A program made the translations under genes and the position numbers. The notes beneath the pieces are model-generated. The model was not told where the DNA came from. It was given only the letters and a program-made list of their open reading frames with translations, and did no database searches. A stretch of DNA of 56,634 nt, taken from contig NIVC01000927.1 in the NCBI GenBank assembly GCA_002269645.1, positions 347,601 through 404,234 on the forward strand, given 5' to 3'. The DNA is from Macrostomum lignano. Lineage: Eukaryota. This document shows, in pieces, positions 1-9,192 of the stretch. The stretch's first letter is position 1. The number at the start of each line of letters is the position of its first letter.

Positions 1-144
1 TTTTATTAACTTTTTAAGTGCAAAAGATTCGCTTCTATACTGAAGACAGAAAGTCGTGTGGTTTTGTGTTTATTCATTCTTTACTTAATTGATATTTGAC
101 AGTTTTAAGTCTATTCATGAAATCCACTATCTCCAAAAACTTTG

Positions 145-600
145 AAGAGAGAGAAGAGAATGAAGAGATAGATAGGGAAGACAGGGGTGAAAAAATGAAG
201 AAAATGGAGGAGAGAGAGGAAGAAAGGGAAGAAGAGACACGGGAGATGGGAGAGGTAAGAGAGAAGAGAGGAAGCAGGAGAGATGAGACAGGGGAAAGTG
301 GAGAGAGGAGAGTTGGGGGGGATGGAGAGGGGTATGGGGAGGGGGAGAGGAGATATGAGAGGGAAGCGGGAGTTAGAGGAGAAAGGGAAGAAAGGGGAGA
401 GGAGAAATGGGAAGATGAGAGGGAAGAGAGGAGAGATGAGAGGGAAGAGAGGGGAGAGGAGAGATGAGATGGAAGAGAGGAGAGATGAGAGGAAGAGAGG
501 AGAGATGAGAGGGAAGAGAGGAGAGATGAGAGGGAGAGAGGAGAGATGAGAGGAAGAGGGGAGAGATGAGAGGGAAGAGAGGGAGAGGAGAGATGAGAGG
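145..600 (+). repeat. GA-rich low-complexity/minisatellite tract
   Basis: Units such as GAGAGGAGAGATGAGAGGGAA; the overlapping E/R/G-rich or S/L/P-rich ORFs are repeat translations. Confidence 0.9.
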
Positions 601-958
601 TGAAAGGCCAGTGAATAAAGAGAGAATCTGAATTGTGAATAGCTTTACCTAAATAAAGTGCCATCCCAGCGATCGAAAAATGTTTTCGATAAAGAATTTA
701 AATGAGTAGAGAATTTTTATCAACTTTCACCAATAACCCAATTGCCCAATTTCGAATGGTTAATATCAATAATTCGTACTCAAAAATTGCTTAAATTTCA
801 TCTCTTTTTCATCAGAAACAAAAGGACTCTCCTTTGAATTCACCAAATCCACAAAAAAAGAATTTTTCTGCTCTGAAACCGTCTTACAACCCTCGTAGTT
901 TTATTTTATTAACGTGGGAATTTTATTTTCGGAGATTCGGTCGTTAACCACTAGGAGA

Positions 959-3900
959 CACACATGTCTTGAAGCCCTTTAAAGGGGAAAATAAAGTCAG
1001 CCTGAAATGACAATAATTTACACTCTCATCTGGACCTTAGCACAGCATATGTGCAATTTCAAAAAAATCTCCCGAGCTATCTCTGATTTACAGCACTTTA
1101 TTACCATATGACCTAATTACTATTAGTTTTCAATATGCGTGATGCGAAAAATGAGTGTCTACATGAGTTTGTGAAATTTGAAAAATATGATCCTAAAACA
1201 AGTCAGAAACTTTTCATTATAATTCATAGGTATGCCATCACCTTACAAAGTCCAAAGTATAAAGTATAAATTGAAACATCAATGAATAATTGTGACAAAA
1301 TGTAACAAAAAACAGCATAAACACTCGTACAGTACAGTACAGAGAATGCTACATAAAAGTGGACAAAGAAGCAATGCGCAAAATTGTGCGTGAGTGATGC
1401 AAGGCATGGAGGGCATATTATTCTAGATATTTTTCTATCGCTTGCTTTTGAGTTGTAGCTATTATTCCCTCCTCATACGTAGCTACCATCTCATTGGCTG
1501 TGAGCCTGTAAATTTGCTGCACAGCTCTCGTATTCATGCCATTTTGGCCCTTAGCATATCCTTCTATTAAATTCTGCTGAGTTTTCAAAGGAAGCTATTC
1601 CCTTTCCATGATGATGGGTAAGAACAAGGACTTCTGCGATATAAGTTTACCATAGAAAGAATTAAATTAAGGTTTCCACCAGCTACCTAATGTATTCCTA
1701 TCATTAATTCAATAATAAATAAAAGAAAAAATAACTTTAGGGTCCTATCGGGATAAGACAATAGCTAGCGATCATCTAGTCTTTTTTAGATTTCATTTTC
1801 TAGTGAACTAACAATCTCTATGCATGCATTGCAAAGCTGGAATGGAATTTTGAAATGCGGACATTGTATTTCGGTGGGTTGAATGGGTAAGATAACACGC
1901 TTTTTGAAAGATTCCAATTATTTACTTCCTGTTTATGTTCTGTTTAATTTCGCTTTCCACTCTACAGGGTCTGACTAAGAACTATTTGTTCATCCCAATA
2001 AAGAAAAATGTATAATCCTAATTCGCAGTCTTGATTGATTTAGCTAGTTCACATTTTGTTTAAGCATGACGAGAGCAGTATGCAACAACACACTTGCGCA
2101 GTCGATCTGGATACGATGGATGATGAAAATCGATCCGAAAGTCTTGCCACATGCTGCTGAAATCGTGGTGTGCAGTCTCAACCACCTGCTCAGACCAGAA
2201 GCCAAGTCCCTTCTTAGGTTCTCCAGCTAGATTGGACATGTTCAAAAACTGGACAACGTGGTCAATAACAGCGTGGACTTTCGGGGTGACGCGGATTCCA
2301 AGATCGATATAGGCTTGTTCGAATGCCCGGACTCGATTCTCAAAGTCTCCACACACACTCATACCAAAGCACGAGGCCTTCACATCGCGGAAGCAGCGTA
2401 GGGCGTGAGCTACAGGCATTGCCGAAAACACATTGTGCTGAGCCAGCATTCCAATCAAAATGTCGACGCCATTTAGAAGACACTCGCAGGCGTTCCCGGC
2501 AAAGTTCCCACCGTTCTGCAATGGTCGTCGAAGGCCAAGCTGCTGTAGCCAGTCATCGGTGCTTATCTGACAGTCTTCGAGTCCTCGCAGTTGAGTGTCC
2601 AGTTCTTCGAATAGTCGATTGGTCACGCCAAGCAAGAGATGCAGCCCCATTGGTGGAATGGCCTGGAGCACCATCGTGCTGTCTGGAACTTCGAGCAGAG
2701 GAGGACGCACACAGTTTTTGAAAGCAGCAGCAGACACGTTGCGCGGCGCTTTTTCTTCTACAGTGCGCTGGTACTCAAATGCCTGTAACCGAATACCGCC
2801 GATCGATCTCAACACGTTCGTGCGGTCTGGATTAGAAAAATCGATCCTGGCAGTCTCGCACCAAGGGCAGGGATGGGTGCTGCTGCAGCACTGAATTCCC
2901 AGGATCGCATTCGAAATTTTCATATCAACTGCTGCACAGAATGAAAATCCTTGCAAATTAAGAAGATTCAGGATCTGCTGCAGATTATCGTAGGACTCGG
3001 AAACAGATTCGGCAATGGCAAGCAGGAGCAGTTTACGGACTCCTCCATCCTCAAAATGGAAACGGCATGCGCCTTCTGCGTACGTGCTGCGACTTCCGGT
3101 AGGTTGATCTTTTAAACCTTGAGCAGGCACAATGCTAACACAAAACTTTAAGAAGCCGCCTCCGCTGTCGATGCCAACTTTAATCAATGCGCCGTCATCT
3201 GCACTGACCTGACGACGTGCCATCACTCTGTCAATCAGAGCCAGAGGATCAGTGCAGAATACAATGCTGCGCATTTCCCTTTTTCCTTTGGCACAGTCCA
3301 TCTCTAGGTTAGTCAACTCAAACAAATCATCTAGAGCAGAGTCGATGGCGCTCAGTTTGCTGCGCAAATTTGGCTCAATGCTTTTGCGTCCTTTCCATGC
3401 TCGAAAAAATTGAGCGGCCAACTTAGTTTGCCGACCGCTCAAACACAGCGTCTGCTGGAATCGGCTGAATTCCTCTGCTGGTACGGCGCAGCCACCTCTC
3501 ATTGATGTAGAACTACCAGCCCGTTGCCCAACACACACTGTAAGATCACGACCTCTAGTTGCCAATTGAAATCTAGAGTTTGAGCCGGTGGAAGCAGCCT
3601 TAGCTTTAATCACGTCACTTGCGTGGATTTCGGCACCTCGACGGTCTAGCGACAACTTACTGAATAGATTTTCTCGTCGCTGTGTTTGCGTGCAGTAGTG
3701 AGGCAAACCTCTGCCAACCATTGAGTGGCAGCGCTGGCAGATGACAACAGGTTGTGCCGGTGGCAGACCATGATCTGGATCCGAACACGCGGGTCGTCCA
3801 AGCGAATGTGGCTCTGGTTTCCATGTTCCCAGTCCTTTCCCAATCGGGTTGAACCGGGCAGTCTCACATATTTTGCAAGCACAACTGCTGGACTGTCGCG

Positions 3901-4774
3901 TAATCTTTGTTGGGCTCACCTTTACGACCTCAGAGGAGTTCGGCAAAACATTCGGCGCTTTTATGCCCTTGTCGACGTCAGCCAGAAGCTTGTTGCATCG
4001 GGCACAGAGTGCTGCAGGTAGCTGCTCATCATTCGCATTGTAGTTGGGCAAAAAGTGTGCCTGAATGCGTTTCAGCGAGGCATTACCTATTCGTTGCATT
4101 GATGAGCCCTTTTTGTAGCACAACAAGCAGATCTTGAGGCGATTTTCTTCATGTGATAGTGCATGCGTTGCATGGCTCATTTCTTTATACATGTATGGCA
4201 AGGTGAGTAGAAATATTGAAAGTAGGCTTGAAGCTCACTATGGACTGCAAGTCAAGTCACTAACAAATACAGGTTGAGCTTGGTTTGTGAAAAGAAATCG
4301 TGCCTTGCAGAATTTATCATCAATTGATTTTATTATACAAGTAGGAAGCATACAACCAACATGCCTATAACAGTCTAGAGTCAAGTACACTGGACAGAGC
4401 ATACTCAAGCTCATGGGTCAGAGGGACCAAATTTGAGTACATTGGCAAGCCACACAACCCAAACCCCCGCTGAGCTACATGAAACTTTATATTTATGTGT
4501 TGCATCATCTAAGTTGGTTTACTATAATTGAAATCGGCTATCACTGGTTTAACTTACATGTACCTTGATCTACGGTTCTACCCATATGTACAATCAATGC
4601 AAATTATGCATTATCACAAGCTATGGAATGAAGTACTTGTAGAATGGAGATAGCTCGGTAGATTTTTTTAAAATTGCACGTATACCTTGCTACTAAGGTT
4701 CAGGTGAATGCATAAATCACTGTCATTTGAGGCTGACTTTATTTTCACCTTGAGAAGGCTTCAGGACATGTGTG
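959..4774 (-). mobile_element. Complete autonomous DNA transposon, Transib/RAG1-like/Chapaev-related (3,816 bp)
   Basis: The left end at 959 reads CACACATGTCTTGAAGCC and the right end (4774, reverse complement) reads CACACATGTCCTGAAGCC. Imperfect TIRs span ~959-1083 and ~4647-4774 (about 80% identical by hand alignment). Identical 5-bp flanks GGAGA lie at 954-958 and 4775-4779 (TSD). One long internal transposase ORF. Confidence 0.93.
2060..4192 (-). CDS. DDE transposase of the Transib/RAG1/Chapaev type with an N-terminal Cys/His zinc-binding region (~710 aa; first ATG 4192, alternative ATG 4180)
   Basis: Uninterrupted ORF; the ORF-track start at 4201 is a TTG. Catalytic-type motifs: KVGIDSGGGFLK (D1), AVDMK followed by C-x2-C at +19 (HPCPWC), GLHLLLG, GNFAGN, KVHAVIDH (H-x4-H) and WSEQVVETAH (E). 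Their order and spacing match the RAG1/Transib core. The N-terminus has H-x7-C-x2-C, P-x3-C-x2-C and CKICETAR. Confidence 0.9.
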   Translation of the reverse strand: MYKEMSHATHALSHEENRLKICLLCYKKGSSMQRIGNASLKRIQAHFLPNYNANDEQLPAALCARCNKLLADVDKGIKAPNVLPNSSEVVKVSPTKITRQSSSCACKICETARFNPIGKGLGTWKPEPHSLGRPACSDPDHGLPPAQPVVICQRCHSMVGRGLPHYCTQTQRRENLFSKLSLDRRGAEIHASDVIKAKAASTGSNSRFQLATRGRDLTVCVGQRAGSSTSMRGGCAVPAEEFSRFQQTLCLSGRQTKLAAQFFRAWKGRKSIEPNLRSKLSAIDSALDDLFELTNLEMDCAKGKREMRSIVFCTDPLALIDRVMARRQVSADDGALIKVGIDSGGGFLKFCVSIVPAQGLKDQPTGSRSTYAEGACRFHFEDGGVRKLLLLAIAESVSESYDNLQQILNLLNLQGFSFCAAVDMKISNAILGIQCCSSTHPCPWCETARIDFSNPDRTNVLRSIGGIRLQAFEYQRTVEEKAPRNVSAAAFKNCVRPPLLEVPDSTMVLQAIPPMGLHLLLGVTNRLFEELDTQLRGLEDCQISTDDWLQQLGLRRPLQNGGNFAGNACECLLNGVDILIGMLAQHNVFSAMPVAHALRCFRDVKASCFGMSVCGDFENRVRAFEQAYIDLGIRVTPKVHAVIDHVVQFLNMSNLAGEPKKGLGFWSEQVVETAHHDFSSMWQDFRIDFHHPSYPDRLRKCVVAYCSRHA

Positions 4775-5354
4775 GGAGAATGTTGCTTTACAGTACATAT
4801 GCACATAGCATGCCTGTGGGGCATTGCAAGCTCTAGCAATAATATAGCTATAGGTTAATTTGTGTGCTTCTTTTGCTTGGACCAAAAATGCAATAAGTCT
4901 TCTGTGAGTCATTTTGAGACTCTGCTCAAGCTCTATACGAGTAAGCAATGGTGGGGTCGTGTATCGTATGGGGTTTTTAAGTTTCCAACTGTATTTCTGG
5001 TCCGCAACTAGTGGCTCTGGATACAATCGATATTATAAAACTGCGCTTCATTGCTTTCAAAGCATGCGAAAATTGGTCAATTCCGCCGACGCCAAATTGA
5101 GTATACGGAAAAAGGGAGTTTGATCGTTAATATCTCTCTGTTGAGACAGAATTAGTATTGAGTTTTGTTCCATTCTCTGGCGACTTTGATCACTAAAACA
5201 GGTGAGACAGCTCATTTTTGTACGATTCGGCAACGGTTCAATCTTAAAGCTAAGAAGCGTGACTCTATGTTTCATATTCATTGCGAGCACTATGAGAAAT
5301 CAAGCCAATAGGACAAAAGTCCAATACGTGACAGTCGCAACAATTGAGTCCTTA

Positions 5355-5820
5355 TCAGTGACAATCCTTAAGAGTGACAGTCTTCCTCAATGACAGTCCC
5401 TATCAGTGACATTCCTCATTAGTGACAGTCCTCATCAGTGACAGTATTCATCAGCCACAGTCCTTATCAGTGCCAGTCCTTATCAGTGACAGTCCTTATC
5501 AGTGACAGTCCTTATCAGTGACATTCCTCATCAATGACAGTCCCTATCAGTGACATTCCTCATTAGTGACAGTCCTTATCAGTGACAGTCTTCATCAGTG
5601 ACAGTCCTTATCAGTGACAGTCCTTATCAGTGACAGTCCTTTCAGTGACAGTTTTCTTCAGTGACAGTCTTCATCAGTGACAGTCTTCTTGAGTGACAGT
5701 CCTTATCAGTGACAGTCCTTATCAGTGACAGTCCTTATCAGTGACAGTCATTATCAGTGACAGTTTTTTATCTATGACAGTCCTTATCAATGACAGCCAT
5801 TATCAGTGTCCGAATCAGTG
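5355..5820 (+). repeat. 16-bp minisatellite (GACAGTCCTTATCAGT)n, array 1
   Basis: Directly visible tandem units. Confidence 0.95.
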
Positions 5821-5935
5821 ACCAACGAAATAATCCACGAGATAAACATCCAAACAGCACAGTGCAGAAATTGTGTGCACCTTCCGCCCACTCGGCTCCC
5901 AGCAGGTCATGTCGGAGGTCACTCTTCGCTCTCAG

Positions 5936-6211
5936 GTGTTCGCCTCGTTGGAGGAGCCGCCGCCGCCCTACCGGCCGTTGCTGTCCCGCAGTCGCACTGT
6001 CGCCACAGCCAACGCTGAGTCGCAACAGCAGCAGCAACAGCAGCAGCAGCAGCTACCTCCGACAGAACAGCCGCAGCAGAATCTGCCACAGCAGCCGCCG
6101 CCACCGCCCGCATCTGCAACGACGCCTCCGGCTGCGAATCCAGACGAGACTGCGCCGCCATTTCGCCGCTACAGATTCCAGCGGAAACAGTTCCCCGGCA
6201 GGCAGCGTTGA
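5936..6211 (+). CDS. Probable terminal coding exon of a gene starting upstream of the window (PPPPY motif, polyQ, Pro-rich)
   Basis: Acceptor ACTCTTCGCTCTCAG at 5921-5935. GC-rich, codon-like sequence reads VFASLEEPPPPYRPLL...[10 protein letters not shown]...RQR, with stop TGA at 6209-6211. An alternative in-frame acceptor lies at 5905. No upstream exon was identified in the window. Confidence 0.5.
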   Translation: MFASLEEPPPPYRPLLSRSRTVATANAESQQQQQQQQQQLPPTEQPQQNLPQQPPPPPASATTPPAANPDETAPPFRRYRFQRKQFPGRQR

Positions 6212-6265
6212 GAACTGGAAGGACTTTATAGGATAGCGCAATGTACTTAAATTCTTAATGATTAT

Positions 6266-6449
6266 AGTCCTTATCAGTGACAGTCCTTATCAGTGACAGT
6301 CCTTATCAGTGACAGTCCTTATCAGTGACAATCCTTATCAGTGACAGTCCTTATCAGTGACAGTCCTTATCAGTGACAGTCCTTATCAGTGACAGTCCTT
6401 ATCAGTGACAGTCCTTATCAGTGACAGTCCTTATCAATGACAGTCCCTA
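6266..6449 (+). repeat. 16-bp minisatellite (GACAGTCCTTATCAGT)n, array 2
   Basis: Same unit and orientation as array 1. Confidence 0.95.
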
Positions 6450-8580
6450 CCAGACAGACACTGAGCAGCTCCCTGATACTCGCTATCTTTTGATTCCGCT
6501 TCTTAAAGTTTGATCTTCCCGAAGTTCCGGAAGCTGAACCAAATAGTTTAACAAAAAATAATCAGACGACACGGTAGATCCTTTAGATATAAATTCCGAC
6601 GGAGTAGACTCACATTTTTGCCTTGAATAGTTTTCAAATTTAAGGTTACTTTTTCTTGGAAATGATCAAAAACTTTTCAGAACTGTCGCTGAAATCAAAA
6701 CTTACGATGCTAAATATATTCTAAAAAATCGATATATAGTATTTAATGCTACGTAAAGACATTTTAGCAATGTTAATGTTGCTACTTAAAGTAAAATATT
6801 TGTATTTGAAATTCAGCTGACTGCGAACTACGCCCAGAAGATAAAATGTCCTTATGGATGGCTTAGTACCCGCATGTGTATGAGCGTCTTAAGTCAAGCA
6901 TTTTTGTTTCTGACTGCAAAACTAATCATAGATTACGACCTAGAAGGAGCTGCGATTTAAATTTTTTTTAAAAATAATAAAGGGAGTCATAAATCTTCAA
7001 CGAGGTCCAGAAAAAGCATAAGCAAATGATACATATTCACAGGAGCTAAACCCATTCATTGCTTTGCTTTTCTATCAATATTATCATACGGTCGTATGTG
7101 CCTTCATTTTTTAAGAATTGTGCGTGCTTTTTCTCCACCAACTAATATAAAAATCCCCTAGCCTAAAGTCGATGGCAAAGGGCCAAAGACCATAAGAATT
7201 TGATTTTCTCTCGTTTTTCATTTATTGTAGTAATCGTTTATCAATTTAGGCGTCATGTACGAGTATGTGTACGAGTGTACGAGTGTACGAGTATACTCAT
7301 TCCACTCGTCATTCTCGCATAATATTTCTTTACCGGCATTATGAATGGGCTACGATGGGCGTGCAGTCATGACGCATGCACTAATTTTTTTCAATTTTTA
7401 TTATTAAGATCGCCCACGCCACGCTCTTTCTCTCTTCAATTCTCTAAAACAGGTCTTGGCGATTCCACCACCCCCTGTACGTGCAAATTCCATCTTTGTA
7501 CATCGTCCTTCCTAATTTCGGGGAGAGGCGGCGTCTTCGCGTTCTATTCCTGCCCAGCCAATCGGCGACCGGGTGGCCTTGAGCGTGCGTCAACACATGG
7601 TCCCACTAGAATAGTAGACAGTCTAAATGCAAAGGCGCCGAGTGAAAAGGGAGGGAAGGAATAAGGGGCAATATGCCAATTGAGGGGGTGGGGGGTCTCT
7701 GCCGCCTTCACGAGTGCGCACTTTCCTTCTCACCCCGCCTCCCCACCAAACGGTCTGGAATCGGGCGGGACTAGAAAACCCCTTCTAGAAAAGGCCCTCT
7801 CAATGAATGCCCTTAGTACAGCAGTTGAAAATCTCTAGCCATCTGTTGGAACTTAGAACTCGGAATAGAAACAAGTGTCTCAGATTCAGGTTCACGTTTT
7901 TAAGTTCGTTTCAGTTCGCAGTTCGGCCACCCTGCACGCCGTACTTGCACACGCCGCGTCAACCGTAAATTCTTCTGAATTTAATTCTTCACAGTGTTTG
8001 GCAGAGGAACAGTAATTTGCTGAATATTTGTATTGAGGCGACTGGCTACAAAACTATTCTTTTTTTAGAGGCTTGTTTTATAGAATAGCAAAATAATTAA
8101 TAAATTTTACAACTTGCCTGGATTCAGTTAATAAGTGCACCTTAGCATCTGGTAAGCGCCATACGAAGTTATTGAAATATGAACTCTAAGTCTTCACAAT
8201 TTAGGAATGGATAAATGTCCTGTTTGCTACTATTAAAATTTTCAGACAATTTTCAAGTTACGGATTAATTTTTCGCGAAACATCATTCTTGAAATATTCA
8301 TTCATTATTAGCATCACTCATCTTATTCTTATTCAGGCGAATGAAGCAAATTTATACACCTATTATGCTTGATACATTCTTAAGACTCGTAACTTTCCCA
8401 TTTTGATTTTGACCCAATGACCGCGCCCATTGTTTGTGTTGCTAGGCAAATATGCTTTTAACTTTTTAAGTAGCTAAGGCTAAGCTTAGTAAAGCATTCA
8501 CGACTTACAAGTTGTGGCTGGCAGCAAAAAAGAAATTTAAAAGCAAGCTTCTTTGCAAATTGCAAGCAAGCACATGTGAG

Positions 8581-8759
8581 CAGGGGCGGACCCAGGATTT
8601 TATCGAGGGGGGGGGCAAGCCTCACGTCTGGTCAGGCCAGAGCTGCAATTAGGGTACCATGATACCAATACAGAATGATACCAATACATCTGAGGATTTT
8701 TTTGGCAGAACTGAGGGGGGCCATGGCCCCCTTGCCCCCCCCCCCTCGGTCCGCCCCTG
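8581..8759. mobile_element. Non-autonomous hAT-like MITE (179 bp)
   Basis: TIRs CAGGGGCGGACCCAGG and (rc) CAGGGGCGGACCGAGG match 15/16. The 8-bp flanks CATGTGAG (8573-8580) and CGTGTGAG (8760-8767) match 7/8; an 8-bp TSD is typical of hAT. Confidence 0.8.
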
Positions 8760-9192
8760 CGTGTGAGGAGTAATACGAGCCGAACTTCTAAAATACACCC
8801 CGAGCATTTATGCGGAGTCGCGGACTTGGCCTTCATCGCAAAAAAACGAATCAATCATTATGCACGCGTATAATATTATTATACATTTAGTAAGGCTTAC
8901 ATAAAATATAACATACATGTTAGCTATACTGCGCGGTGGGTTCCACATTGTATTTACTTCATATACTGGCTATATGTATACAAGTGTGCGCCGCACTTGA
9001 CTTTATTTAAAGCATACATTCATAACTAATTTATTAACAGCAGCGGAGCTTATCAGTGAAGTAACGTTTCGCAATCATAAATCTTTCTCTTACTGTTTCT
9101 CTTTTTTAGTTCGATATCTGATGATGATTGATTGATGACCAAGCCAAGGTAATTTGAAGTGACCCACCGACCTTCACCAAAACGCGAGACCA

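Noticed and set aside
1084-2059. Possible RAG2-like partner gene convergent with the transposase
   Set aside because: The ~1-kb interval is AT-rich, with no ORF of 60 aa or more in the track and no kelch- or PHD-like peptide visible.
2323-4137. Plus-strand ORFs overlapping the transposase
   Set aside because: Short antisense shadows of a GC-balanced coding region with no recognisable motifs.
4780-5300. Minus-strand ORF fragments (4745-5026, 5057-5290) abutting the transposon
   Set aside because: No recognisable domain. They could be older decayed element sequence, but this cannot be supported.
7815-7933. Possible transposon end (rc CAGGGTGGCCGAACTGCGAAC)
   Set aside because: No matching opposite end or TSD found in the window.
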